From assembly GCA_049513715.1 (NCBI GenBank), contig JBEKVV010000005.1, forward strand, positions 64,001 to 128,000: a stretch of DNA of 64,000 bases, written 5' to 3'. Below are positions 48,501 to 58,777 of this stretch, piece after piece; position 1 is the first letter of the stretch; every line of letters begins with the position of its first letter. The stretch comes from Candidatus Bathyarchaeia archaeon. GTDB taxonomy: Archaea > Thermoproteota > Bathyarchaeia > 40CM-2-53-6. The position numbers were made by a program, and so were the translations under genes. The notes beneath the pieces are model-generated. The model saw only the letters and a program-made list of their open reading frames with translations, did not search any database and was not told the DNA's origin.

Positions 48501-49633
48501 AAGGCGCCATTTGGGTTTGCGAACGAGACATTCGCAAGTTTGCTAGGCAGCCCGCCGTAATGTTGTCAGCGATTGTCGGCCCTTTCCTAACATTGATACT
48601 CCTGGGTTATGCTTTCGGTGGCGCCATAACCAACATTCCGGTCGCCGTTGTTCGTGACAGCGATGGCCCCTTCTCATCCAATTACCTTGACATCATAAGA
48701 GCAGAACAGACCTGCGCTTATGGAGGCGTGAATTGTGGTAATTCTTTCCTTCTGAAAGACGTGGGAGACTTGGACAATGCTGAGGTCATGCTTCGCGCAG
48801 GCACGGTCAGAGCTGTGATTTACATTCCGACGGATTTCGACAAATCCCTTGGCACCTCAAACAACGTCGTCTTGACAGTCTATTTGGATAATACGGATCC
48901 GCTCAGTTCAGCTGCGGTAGCGGGTCAACTGGCCAAGGCAGATCAACAGCTGCAAGGTCAGATACAGGTAGTCACATCCCAGGGCGCGGCCATCACTCTC
49001 GACCAAGCCAACTTGTACCGTAACGTACTCTACATCGAGTTCATGGCACCTGGCTCATTAATTCAATCAATCATGTTTGCTTCCATAATCGGCGGCGGGA
49101 TATCCATCTTGTTCGACAAACAGCGAGGAATCATCGAAGGCTACCTTGTTACACCGCTCAAGCAGTACGAAATCGTCGTCGGAGTGCTCCTTGCAGGGGT
49201 CATAAAGGCCATGTTCTCAGCAAGCACTATGCTTGTGCTCGCAATCGTTTTCGCGGGGGTACGTCCTATGGCCGGAGTTCTCGACATCTTCCTGATGTTC
49301 TTCACGATTTTTCTTACTGCTTTAGGGCTAATCTCGATGATGACTGCTTACGCTGTCAGAGCTCCAGCTCCTGAGGTCTACCAATTCACAGCATTTCCGA
49401 TCAACCTAATCCTGTACTTTACGAGTGGAGCGGTCTACCCCGTCGAGGGATTTCCTGCTTGGATGAGATCTGTGTCTGCTTTCAACCCAGAGGCTTATGC
49501 GATTCACGCGCTTCGTCTAATCATGTACAAGGGTGCTACAATTTCGGCAGTTGCAGGTGATTTCGTGTTCCTTGCAATTTTCACGTTGGCAATGGTGGCT
49601 CTTGCGACGGCAGCCTTCAAGCGAGCTCTTTGA
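48497..49633 (+). CDS. ABC-2 permease
   Basis: One TM + large loop + five TM; FTSGAVYP. Confidence 0.88.
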   Translation: MKGAIWVCERDIRKFARQPAVMLSAIVGPFLTLILLGYAFGGAITNIPVAVVRDSDGPFSSNYLDIIRAEQTCAYGGVNCGNSFLLKDVGDLDNAEVMLRAGTVRAVIYIPTDFDKSLGTSNNVVLTVYLDNTDPLSSAAVAGQLAKADQQLQGQIQVVTSQGAAITLDQANLYRNVLYIEFMAPGSLIQSIMFASIIGGGISILFDKQRGIIEGYLVTPLKQYEIVVGVLLAGVIKAMFSASTMLVLAIVFAGVRPMAGVLDIFLMFFTIFLTALGLISMMTAYAVRAPAPEVYQFTAFPINLILYFTSGAVYPVEGFPAWMRSVSAFNPEAYAIHALRLIMYKGATISAVAGDFVFLAIFTLAMVALATAAFKRAL

Positions 49634-49709
49634 GAAAGAGGGCCGCGTGATTCCTAAAGAGCAACCTTAAATCAGGTTTAGCCGAAAGTTAGCCGCCTTT
49701 GATTGGAAC

Positions 49710-50981
49710 GTGTTTGCCTTGAAGCATAAAATCCTGATAATCACTCTGCTGATTCTCGCGCTCGCTGTAAGTGGCACTGGAAGATATGTTGTGCCGCCTG
49801 CTCACGCAATTGGCGTGGCAAACGTTGTTGTCACGAACGTATACTGGGGCTCAAACCCAATGAACCCGACAACGGCTCGCCCCGGGGATGTTAACGATCA
49901 AATGTCCGTTGTGCTCTCGAACGTAGGTGATGATGTTGCTAGGGGAGTAAATGCAACGCTCATTCTGGGCCCGCCTCTTACGTACACTTACTCCGTTGAC
50001 GGTGTCGCGTACACCTCGACAACAGTCTGGAAGATCGCGGGCGATATCTCGGCGGGCCAGAGTTTCACACTAACCTACACGGTCAACGTGGACCCGAACG
50101 CGACGGAAGGCATCTACCGCTACAATCTCCAAGTAGCATACAGGTCTGCAAGAGAACTTCAACAAGTCAACACCAGCTTACCGATCGATGTTCCACTCTG
50201 GAATGGAGAGTTACATGTTCAGACCGTCGTGACGGTTCCGACCAAAATCTACCCCGATACCAAACAAGTGGCCCTCAAAGTATTCCTAGCCAACTCAGGC
50301 AAAGGTGCAGCCGAAGACGTTCAACTTCAGCTGGTTCTAACGCGGCCATTCACTGCATCCTCGAGCGGATCCGATAGAATCTACGTTGGAAACATCCCGG
50401 CAGGACAGGTTTCAGAGGCTGACTTCGTGGTTGACGTAGCTACCGATGCACAATTCGGACAATATTCAGTAATCTTAGGCGAGCAATTGGGAAACGGGTT
50501 AATCCCGATCGGGCAGGTACCAATTTACGTCAACGAGAAAGTCACGTTCAAAATTCTGAGTGTTACGCCAAACGTTGTGCATGCAGGTGATTCCGGCATG
50601 GTCATACGAGTTGAGATCTTGAATCAAGGTACAGTCAAAGCGGATTCAGTTAGAGTTCAATTGAGAGTGGGCAACTTCTTTACCGGTACGCTGACCGATT
50701 TTCTCGGAACAATGCTAGCCAACGAAACGAAAGTGGCATCCTTCACAGTCGATGTTGACACCAAGACTCAGCCGGGACAGTACAACCTGGACCTCCAGTT
50801 CGATTGGACACAGGATAACAATGCGCTAGATGACACGATGCCATTGATTTTGACAGTTCAGCCTGCAGGAGTGCCATTCACGCTGGTAATTGTCCTGGTT
50901 GTGCTAGTAATTGCCATTTGTGGCTACATGTTCATGAGACGCCGCAAGGCGAAAGCAGCCCAAGCATCTCCTACCAAATGA
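49710..50981 (+). CDS. COG1361-like S-layer/CARDB Ig-repeat membrane-anchored protein
   Basis: Signal peptide, three N.G...A..V Ig-like repeats, C-terminal TM + RRRK. Confidence 0.78.
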   Translation: MFALKHKILIITLLILALAVSGTGRYVVPPAHAIGVANVVVTNVYWGSNPMNPTTARPGDVNDQMSVVLSNVGDDVARGVNATLILGPPLTYTYSVDGVAYTSTTVWKIAGDISAGQSFTLTYTVNVDPNATEGIYRYNLQVAYRSARELQQVNTSLPIDVPLWNGELHVQTVVTVPTKIYPDTKQVALKVFLANSGKGAAEDVQLQLVLTRPFTASSSGSDRIYVGNIPAGQVSEADFVVDVATDAQFGQYSVILGEQLGNGLIPIGQVPIYVNEKVTFKILSVTPNVVHAGDSGMVIRVEILNQGTVKADSVRVQLRVGNFFTGTLTDFLGTMLANETKVASFTVDVDTKTQPGQYNLDLQFDWTQDNNALDDTMPLILTVQPAGVPFTLVIVLVVLVIAICGYMFMRRRKAKAAQASPTK

Positions 50982-53900
50982 AATTCGGTCCGACCACGGA
51001 TCGATATGATTCGGAGCATGGACGTTTGGCTCAACGCTGGGCCATCATAGCATTTCTCCTAGCCTTAGCGCTGAGCCTTTCCATTCCGGTATATGCACAC
51101 ACGACCTTAGGGAACCTGACAGGCACTTCCCCGTTCTATCGAACCAACGACCATGAATTGAATCCGACCAACACATTCGGAGCCGCCCACGCACCCGGCC
51201 CTTTGGGCTATGTTTGGCCGGGAAGCGGCTTGGATTCCTATTCCGGAATCTACTCCAATCCACCCGGTTACCAGTCACCATTCACAACATTCGAACAACC
51301 TCTGCAAGAAGCCACGAATTCGTACTCCCCGGAGGGAGCAATTCTAACCTCTACTCCTGACCACGAGAGTGTTGGCGACCTAATCTTTGCTGTGAATTTC
51401 TCCCAACCCCAATCCTTCACGGCACACAACCCCACGGCAAATTTCACATACAGCACTATCGCCATCTACATTCCAGCCCCTGTCTTCGACAAAACTGGCA
51501 CGTTGATCCAAGATGGGTTTGAACCAGCGGGCGGAATAAGCTGGGATGGCAACGAGAACACAAACATAGTCTCCACAATCACCGACAGTTACGCGAACAT
51601 CTTCATCACAAGAGCGGATAGAAACGATCCCTTCAGCCCTGGCTCTTGGCTTCTGTACATAACTGCCCCGAACAACATTACCTTCACAAAAGCGAAGGGA
51701 TATTCAGAGTGGTATTACATCCGCGTAAACCAAATGAAAGCACCTGAAGTCGCGGGCCGATATTTCTTCAAAATGTTTCTCGACAATCACTATCCGGTGC
51801 GCAGGCAGGGAGCAATTCCCACCCTTATCAACAGTACAATGCCGATGGAGAATTGGCCGGTCCTTCTAGTGAAAGGAGAGGCGGACCCATCCATAGTGTA
51901 TGGAACAGTCAGATATGGTGATACAGCAAACAGCACCCTCTATGGTTTGCCACTGAATTTGCCTGGTCGAGTGAGAGCAGTCGGTGTGGCAATAGACCCG
52001 GTAACGGGAGAAAAAACTGGAAGAGGTGTGGAGGCAGATGGGTACTTCAATGCAACCTCACAAGGGCACTTCGAAGTTGAGGGAGTGGCACCAGGCATCT
52101 ATGACATTTACGCGTCAGCTGCAGGTTACCCCGAAAGGAAAGTTGGGGAGGGAATCAAGCTACTTCGAGGTCAGTCGTTCAAGTTAGACGCATACTTGAT
52201 GGTCGGACCGCAGATTAGGGGAGACGTGTTCTCCAAAGAACTATTTGGGTTAACGTCATGGCCAGGGCAGCTACCAATCAGCGTGGTCATTTACGACAGC
52301 AACACCTACGATACCGATAGCATCGTCACCTACTCCCCCACCAACTTGACACAAGCCCCTTACACATCCTATGTTGTAGGCAACACCGCATTTGCAGGAG
52401 ACCAGTTAGCGCCACCAAACGAACCCAGATTAGTGGCCTTTCCGTGGGAAGGACAATTGGGGTATTACTCATTCACGCCACCTCCAACCTTCAAAGACAT
52501 CTTTGGGCTTTTCAACGGCGTTGGACCAGCGCAGTCATGGTGGGTTGACCCACAAAGCTCGTTGGCCCCGCCGATGTTCCTGGGATCCACGGCAAACGAA
52601 TTCGTCTTCCAATTCGGCCAAAAGAGCATCTACGGAGCCCCCACAAAATTCTCCGGAATGGTGCCGCAAGTATTCGCGACTTGGACGGACAGTATGACCC
52701 CAGGCGTCTACTATCTTCGCGTCTTTCTGAATGGTTACGTGCAGACCAACAATGACGGAACGCGCTTCGTCGACTATTCATTCCAGATTACCGGATCAGG
52801 CTACGCCCAGAACGTGTACATACCAATTGATCTGTGGCATTCATGCGGCATTAACGTGACCGTTCACTTTCAAGATCTACCAGGAACGTTGCAGGAGGCT
52901 CCAATCCAGGGTCCCGACCCGCGAAGATTCTTGATCGCGGAAGCCTTTGGAAGCGATGGAAACTTGGCAGCGTTCAACTTCACTCAGGTTTCTTCTTCAA
53001 GCAGCGAAGCCTCCATCCGACTGAACGGTTTCGGTATGGCGGGACCGACCTTGCCGCCAGACCCACGCGCGTCCATCAAATATTCTCTTGCCAGATATCG
53101 AGGCATCTTCGATTATGGTTTACCCACAGACACATACGCGATCCATCTCTTCATGCGCGGTTACATCCAAGCTCTACCCCCCGCCACGGCGCTCAATGAA
53201 TTGGATCAGCCCTTAATTGCCACAATCTCAATCGGTTCCTGCGTGGCCCTGTTGAGCACTCACATGTACAGAGGGGGGAGCATCAATACAACGGTGTATT
53301 CAATTGATTGGGAACGACCCCCCACGCCCAAGAATTGGGTGTGGCACAACGCCCCAGTCAGCGTTCTCGTGTACGATATTTCCTCGAAAGCGTTCGTGGA
53401 CGTTGTCTACTTTTGGAATGCGAACATAAACCAGTGGACGATTCCTAATCAGAATTCCAACTTCCAGTCCTTGCCGTGGCCGACATGGCATACAGAGTTT
53501 GGTGCTGGGGCTAGTCTAATCACCACTAATGGTTCAACTACCGCCGACAGATTCGGCCCTGACCTCCCGAACTTCCCTTCATTGGATATATCACAGGACG
53601 TGGCTACGCCCGTGTTTTTGCAGGAGAACTTTCAATCCGGATTCCTTTGGAGCTCCAGCACGTATAGGACATCTACGTTTCGTTCGAATCTTGCAATTTA
53701 CCCCGGAGTGTACGCACTTAACGTCTGGACGTATGGTTACGTTCAGGATGATGTGGCCGCCCTCGGCGATTTAGGAGACGTGGATGTTTCAATAGCCTCG
53801 TTGGGCTCGCAAGCAGACTCCAATCTTCGAGCAATGGTCGGCGTGAATTTCACAATTCGGATGGTGTTCAAGACGGAACATATCTTCGCTGGAATTCCTT

Positions 53901-54793
53901 ACAACTCCTCAATCAGAATCCGAGTATACGATAACGGCGACACTCTGATAGCGGCAGCTTCTATTTTCTCTGATGCTGGAACCCTGGTTTCTTCCTCCCA
54001 AGCGGGATTCTTTGCTGACGGGACGAAACTATTCAATCACCCGATCCCAGCTGGAACCCAGACCCTAGAGTACCGTGACCTGGCAGGGTTATTTGACTAT
54101 GTCGAGGCGGGTGGGCAAAATGTCCGCGCCGCTTCCCTGTTTTCTCCTGACCATGGTGTTTGGGGCAGGTCACAACACCCAGGTGCGTATTCAGGCGACT
54201 GGTCGGTGATGGTTGATTTGGTGAACTGGTACCCTTCGACCACAACCTACTACCCCCCCGTACCCGCCCTCTTGCAAGGTGAATCACCGTACTTCTACCC
54301 ATACAACCACCTAGGACCTTACCGACAGAATTCTTACACTAGGATACCGAATGTTGCCCAAGGTGGTGAGGGGTCTGTTGAATTTGAGCTTGACCGGAGA
54401 GGGTACATTCAAGGCACCGTTCTAGGAATGAATTGGGTCAACGATGTCAGAACGATGAGTTGGACTACAATTCAGTTGACTTCTGGCTCCACTCAGTATT
54501 ATTGGTACACGTGGGACGGATGGTTTGATGGCTATCTTGACCCCGGCCAATACCATGCAACCGTCGTTGAATGGACGAACCGCGCCGAGGCGCATAAGAC
54601 GGCTGGCTACGAGCTGGCCGTAACCGAAGGACAAGCTAACACTGCCATGTCGTTCACACTTGAGGAGACGGAAATCCCGATTCCGGAACTGTCAGCGACC
54701 CTGCCCATCATATTGCTAGCACTGACTGCCTCCCTTGCAGTTCTTAGCTCACAACGTTTCAAAAGGAACGCGCAATCGGAATCGGGCGGCTGA
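50978..54793 (+). CDS. large (~1270 aa) cell-surface protein with carboxypeptidase-regulatory-like Ig domains and PEF-CTERM-like tail
   Basis: Signal peptide, PGIYDIYASAAGY-type repeats, many NxS/T sequons, IPIPEL-TM-basic tail; ATGA overlap with the upstream gene. Confidence 0.7.
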   Translation: MKFGPTTDRYDSEHGRLAQRWAIIAFLLALALSLSIPVYAHTTLGNLTGTSPFYRTNDHELNPTNTFGAAHAPGPLGYVWPGSGLDSYSGIYSNPPGYQSPFTTFEQPLQEATNSYSPEGAILTSTPDHESVGDLIFAVNFSQPQSFTAHNPTANFTYSTIAIYIPAPVFDKTGTLIQDGFEPAGGISWDGNENTNIVSTITDSYANIFITRADRNDPFSPGSWLLYITAPNNITFTKAKGYSEWYYIRVNQMKAPEVAGRYFFKMFLDNHYPVRRQGAIPTLINSTMPMENWPVLLVKGEADPSIVYGTVRYGDTANSTLYGLPLNLPGRVRAVGVAIDPVTGEKTGRGVEADGYFNATSQGHFEVEGVAPGIYDIYASAAGYPERKVGEGIKLLRGQSFKLDAYLMVGPQIRGDVFSKELFGLTSWPGQLPISVVIYDSNTYDTDSIVTYSPTNLTQAPYTSYVVGNTAFAGDQLAPPNEPRLVAFPWEGQLGYYSFTPPPTFKDIFGLFNGVGPAQSWWVDPQSSLAPPMFLGSTANEFVFQFGQKSIYGAPTKFSGMVPQVFATWTDSMTPGVYYLRVFLNGYVQTNNDGTRFVDYSFQITGSGYAQNVYIPIDLWHSCGINVTVHFQDLPGTLQEAPIQGPDPRRFLIAEAFGSDGNLAAFNFTQVSSSSSEASIRLNGFGMAGPTLPPDPRASIKYSLARYRGIFDYGLPTDTYAIHLFMRGYIQALPPATALNELDQPLIATISIGSCVALLSTHMYRGGSINTTVYSIDWERPPTPKNWVWHNAPVSVLVYDISSKAFVDVVYFWNANINQWTIPNQNSNFQSLPWPTWHTEFGAGASLITTNGSTTADRFGPDLPNFPSLDISQDVATPVFLQENFQSGFLWSSSTYRTSTFRSNLAIYPGVYALNVWTYGYVQDDVAALGDLGDVDVSIASLGSQADSNLRAMVGVNFTIRMVFKTEHIFAGIPYNSSIRIRVYDNGDTLIAAASIFSDAGTLVSSSQAGFFADGTKLFNHPIPAGTQTLEYRDLAGLFDYVEAGGQNVRAASLFSPDHGVWGRSQHPGAYSGDWSVMVDLVNWYPSTTTYYPPVPALLQGESPYFYPYNHLGPYRQNSYTRIPNVAQGGEGSVEFELDRRGYIQGTVLGMNWVNDVRTMSWTTIQLTSGSTQYYWYTWDGWFDGYLDPGQYHATVVEWTNRAEAHKTAGYELAVTEGQANTAMSFTLEETEIPIPELSATLPIILLALTASLAVLSSQRFKRNAQSESGG

Positions 54794-54796
54794 TTC

Positions 54797-55936
54797 TTAC
54801 ATTGTCCTCTTCGAAAGCATGATTGCGATGGGTAGCAGTATCATACTGCTCATGAACAGTATGAGGAGATCGCCGGCTATCGCGTTCAAACCCAACCCCA
54901 AGTAAATCACTCTTCTCAACGCTTCATTGCCATAAGTCCAAGGTAAGCTGTACGCTATTGCTCTGCCCCCTGACGCGAGCAATAGTGGCGAGTTTGTTGT
55001 TCCAGCGAGACTAAAGAGTGGGAAAGTCATAGCTATCTCTAGGATTGTGAGCGTGGATGAACCTCGAATCCGCGCTGACATCACCAACCCGAGTGACAGT
55101 GTGAAGACTGCGATAAGCGAAGTCGTCAGATAGACGAGCAAAATGTTGCCACGAACTGCGAGCCCCATCAATGCGAAGATGATTAGCATAAGCGAGGTAC
55201 GAAGCGCAGTCAATAGCACTGTGGCGAACATTTTACCAGAATAGACGGAGAGGATGTTCACTGGGCTGAGCAGCAGCCGAGGAAAAGTACCCCGTTCCCT
55301 CTCACGAGTGATAGCATTCACAATATCGTCAAACGCTCCAAGAATAGTAATCATCCCCAAGAAACCCGGCAAGATTGAGTCCCCGCTAGGCGGCCGGCCC
55401 GAGATTGGTCGAACTATTACGTTGACAGTTGCTTGCTTGACGCCGAACTGCGCACCAGCCGAAGACAGCAAATCCTGTGCGTCGCGGTTCACCGCAGCCT
55501 GAATCAGTGTGGGTGCAGTAATCTTCGAATTATCAGTTTGGATAATGACGAAAGCTTTGCCTGTAGCGAGCGCGCTACCAAATCCCTTCGGAATCACCAC
55601 AGCTCCCAATACATCTCCCGCTTCAACGCGAGAAAAGGCCTGCTCTTCCGTAGGCACAAATTCGGTGACACGAATAATCGATGATGTGGCCATCTTGTCA
55701 ACGAGAATCTTCGATGCTGATGAACCGTCCAAGTCCGCGACTACGACAGGTATGTTGAAACTGGGCGCGCTAAATGCGGCCACAATGACTATGAAAATCC
55801 CGATCAAAAGAATCGGAAACATGAACGTGAGGATCAACGAGACCGGGTCGCGGCCAAGCTGCTTCAACTCCTTTACTGTAATCGCAAATGAGTCGCCGAC
55901 CAATCGCTTCAAAATGCTAGCCTCTCCCGCGACCAA
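54797..55936 (-). CDS. ABC-2 permease
   Basis: KELKQLGRD, ERERGT..RL, multiple TM segments. Confidence 0.88.
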   Translation of the reverse strand: MVAGEASILKRLVGDSFAITVKELKQLGRDPVSLILTFMFPILLIGIFIVIVAAFSAPSFNIPVVVADLDGSSASKILVDKMATSSIIRVTEFVPTEEQAFSRVEAGDVLGAVVIPKGFGSALATGKAFVIIQTDNSKITAPTLIQAAVNRDAQDLLSSAGAQFGVKQATVNVIVRPISGRPPSGDSILPGFLGMITILGAFDDIVNAITRERERGTFPRLLLSPVNILSVYSGKMFATVLLTALRTSLMLIIFALMGLAVRGNILLVYLTTSLIAVFTLSLGLVMSARIRGSSTLTILEIAMTFPLFSLAGTTNSPLLLASGGRAIAYSLPWTYGNEALRRVIYLGLGLNAIAGDLLILFMSSMILLPIAIMLSKRTM

Positions 55937-57063
55937 ACGAAAAGGCCATACGCAAGCGCGTAGAAACCAAACGTCGCGCCTATCAAATAGGTCAAGTCGA
56001 ACGTCAGGCTTAGCAAAGGTCTACCGATGAGAACTGTACGCCGAAGCGTTTCGAACCCGTAAGCCCACGGTAGAAGGGTGGCGATAGTCTGCGAAACCCC
56101 TCTCAAGAGTTCCTTGTCAATGATGAGGCCGCTGAAAGCGAACAGAAAGAGAACCAGGAAAAACTCCACAATAACAACAGCCCTCGTACCCACCCTCAAA
56201 GCTGAAACCAAGAAACCGAAACCCATAGTCAAGAAAGCTATCAGAAGCGAAACCACGAGAAGCGTGCCGAAATCTGTTCTCGGGTTCGCCCCGTACAAAT
56301 ATACGGATATCCCCAGAACTATGAACGTACGAACCGTACCCAAGACTGCATCGAACAAAGACTTCCCAAACACAATCGAGGTAATGCCCGCTGGGCTGAC
56401 CAGCAAACGAGCGAATGTTCCTTCCTCCCGTTCCCTAGACATCCCACCGGCAATTTCATAGAACGTTGCGAAGATTTGTACGACGCCGAGAACTACTACC
56501 AGCCCGATGTTGAATCCTGAGAATATCGCTCCTTTCTGTATGATTTCCACAGAAGCGAGCGCTGTGTTTTGCGCCGAGTTTACCTCGATATTAGGGTTGA
56601 AGTTTTGCACATCACCCTTGAGCGTTGTGGCCACTTGGTCTGAAATGCCTGGTTCTCCATCGTCTGTGTAGAGCACTAGCTGCGCGGTTTGACTACCTGA
56701 CAGATCATTCTGGAAGCCCTTCGGAACGACTATAACAGCGTAGATTCGCCCCGTCCCCAATTGGGATACTGCATTGTCTTCTTGGTAACCAAGGAGAAGT
56801 TGGTTGAAGTCCCCTGAGCTCACGAGACTCTGGAGCAGTTGGCTTGAATCTATTGTAAGGTCGTTGTCAACGAAAGCCATTGGGACGTTGGCGGTGGGTG
56901 AGAAATGTGTGCCTGCCCCTCCTTGCCCAGCGCCGAGGCTCACAGTGAAGAACAATGGCAGAACGACAAGTGATATGAGAATCGCGGTGCGATTTCGCCG
57001 AAACTGCCGAAACTCATTCCCCGCGACTGCGATTACGTCATTGAGGAACTTCAGTTTCGACAT
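55909..57063 (-). CDS. ABC-2 permease
   Basis: NEFRQFRR, EREEGT..RL, FSG, multiple TM segments. Confidence 0.88.
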   Translation of the reverse strand: MSKLKFLNDVIAVAGNEFRQFRRNRTAILISLVVLPLFFTVSLGAGQGGAGTHFSPTANVPMAFVDNDLTIDSSQLLQSLVSSGDFNQLLLGYQEDNAVSQLGTGRIYAVIVVPKGFQNDLSGSQTAQLVLYTDDGEPGISDQVATTLKGDVQNFNPNIEVNSAQNTALASVEIIQKGAIFSGFNIGLVVVLGVVQIFATFYEIAGGMSREREEGTFARLLVSPAGITSIVFGKSLFDAVLGTVRTFIVLGISVYLYGANPRTDFGTLLVVSLLIAFLTMGFGFLVSALRVGTRAVVIVEFFLVLFLFAFSGLIIDKELLRGVSQTIATLLPWAYGFETLRRTVLIGRPLLSLTFDLTYLIGATFGFYALAYGLFVWSRERLAF

Positions 57064-57112
57064 TACTGACCACTATTCAGTTGGAGTCGTTTCATCTATT
57101 GGTGGCGCAAGT

Positions 57113-58087
57113 TCATTTTTTCTTGGTTGCGGATTCAAGGAATCGGTCAATCTCCTCCTCGCCACCTGTTAAGGAGATGAAAGCTTCCTCGAGAGTTGGC
57201 TCTCGAGTGTTAACACTCTTGATCTTCGCGCCAGAATCGAACAATGCCTTCAGGACTTTCTCGGCTAGTTCCTCTTGGTGTTCGCATGTCACGCGAAGGA
57301 TGGGGTTGTCATAAGTCACCCTGCATACGTTACCGATGTTGTGAATCTTCTGGACTTGAGAACTCGAGAGGTCGGGCGTTTCCACCTCTACCGTGTTAAG
57401 TTCATTGACGCTGTGCTTCAATTCAGCAGGCGTGCCTACTTTAACAACTCTACCGGCGAACACAACTCCGACGCGGTCACATATCTTGTCAGGTTCCCCC
57501 ATATAGTGTGTCGTCCAGACAACGGTCACGCCTTGATCACAGAGTTTCCGGGTGAAATCTTGAAGGGCTATTGCAGATTGGGGATCGAGCCCTGACGTGA
57601 CTTCGTCGAGAAACAGGACCTTGGGGCTGTGGAGGAGCGCAGCGCAGATCTGGGCCTTCTTGGCCCAGCCAGATGACAAGGCTCCTACTTGGCGGGAGGC
57701 CTTTTCGCGAAAGCCGAACATGTCCATAAGCTCCCGTATCCGACTTTCCGCGGCTCTCTTTGGAATATCATATAGGGTGCTGAAGAGTTTCAGGTTCTCT
57801 TCAATCGTCAAATCCTTGTACAGCGAAACACCTTCGGAAACAACCCCAATTTGACGCCTGACCTCCGAGGCCTGTTCTCGGATATCAAATCCGGCGACGC
57901 TTGCTGTCCCATAGGTCGGTTCTATTAGAGTGCAAAGCAAGCGCACTGTAGTTGTCTTACCGGCTCCGTTGGGGCCTAGGAGGCCGAAGAGTTCCCCCGC
58001 TTTTATGTTGAGGTTGAGTCCATCAACGGCAGTGAAATGTCCGAAAACCTTGGTCAGGGCTTTAGTCTCTATTGCATCTTCAGCCAT
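57113..58087 (-). CDS. ABC-2 exporter ATP-binding subunit
   Basis: GPNGAGKTT, variant signature LSSGW, LFLDEVT. Confidence 0.9.
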   Translation of the reverse strand: MAEDAIETKALTKVFGHFTAVDGLNLNIKAGELFGLLGPNGAGKTTTVRLLCTLIEPTYGTASVAGFDIREQASEVRRQIGVVSEGVSLYKDLTIEENLKLFSTLYDIPKRAAESRIRELMDMFGFREKASRQVGALSSGWAKKAQICAALLHSPKVLFLDEVTSGLDPQSAIALQDFTRKLCDQGVTVVWTTHYMGEPDKICDRVGVVFAGRVVKVGTPAELKHSVNELNTVEVETPDLSSSQVQKIHNIGNVCRVTYDNPILRVTCEHQEELAEKVLKALFDSGAKIKSVNTREPTLEEAFISLTGGEEEIDRFLESATKKK

Positions 58088-58162
58088 TTTGCGCTCACAC
58101 AATCACTGTTCGCGAATTCGGTCTGGCAACTAAAGAGGGTTTTGCGCTGGTCGCATGGCCTG

Positions 58163-58708
58163 TCATGTAGGATGCCACGGCATCTCTGCTTTTCCTTCGC
58201 GGTGGTTGGCGGTCCTTGCGAGGACGAATAGCAGGTCTGACAACCGATTGATGTAGGGAACCATGAAGTCGTTAACTTTTTCAACTTTTCCTAGTGTTAT
58301 GATTCGCCTTTCAGCTCGCCTTGCCACTGTCCGTGAGAAATGAAGAATTGCCCCTGCTTGGCCGCCCCCTGGGTGTATGAAGGCCTTGAGCGGAGGCAGC
58401 TCTTCCTGCAACTTGTCGATGGTTCTTTCCATTTCATCGATTTCGTGTTGGGTGATTCTTGGAACCTCTCTCTGGCCTTCTCGGCTTGAGGCGAGGTCTG
58501 CGCCAGCCACGAAGAGACCCTTCTGTAGGCTTTCCAACAGTGAGTCCAGTTCCTTGTCCTTCAGAAAAGCTCTGGCCATCCCTAGGATGGAGTTCAATTC
58601 GTCCACATCACCGTATGCTTCAACACGGAGGGAATCCTTTGCTACGCGAACACCGCCCAGCAGGCCAGTCTCCCCTTTGTCCCCTGTTCGGGTGTATATT
58701 CTCGCCAA
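58163..58708 (-). CDS. pduO: PduO-type ATP:cob(I)alamin adenosyltransferase
   Basis: IYTRTGDKGET, EAYGDVDELNS, RTVARRAER, NRLSDLLF; start TTG 58708. Confidence 0.92.
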   Translation of the reverse strand: MARIYTRTGDKGETGLLGGVRVAKDSLRVEAYGDVDELNSILGMARAFLKDKELDSLLESLQKGLFVAGADLASSREGQREVPRITQHEIDEMERTIDKLQEELPPLKAFIHPGGGQAGAILHFSRTVARRAERRIITLGKVEKVNDFMVPYINRLSDLLFVLARTANHREGKAEMPWHPT

Positions 58709-58777
58709 ATCGGGATACACAGGACCAAAGGTGCAGGACAGAAATTTAGATGCGTTGGTATGTACTAAGAAGGATAG

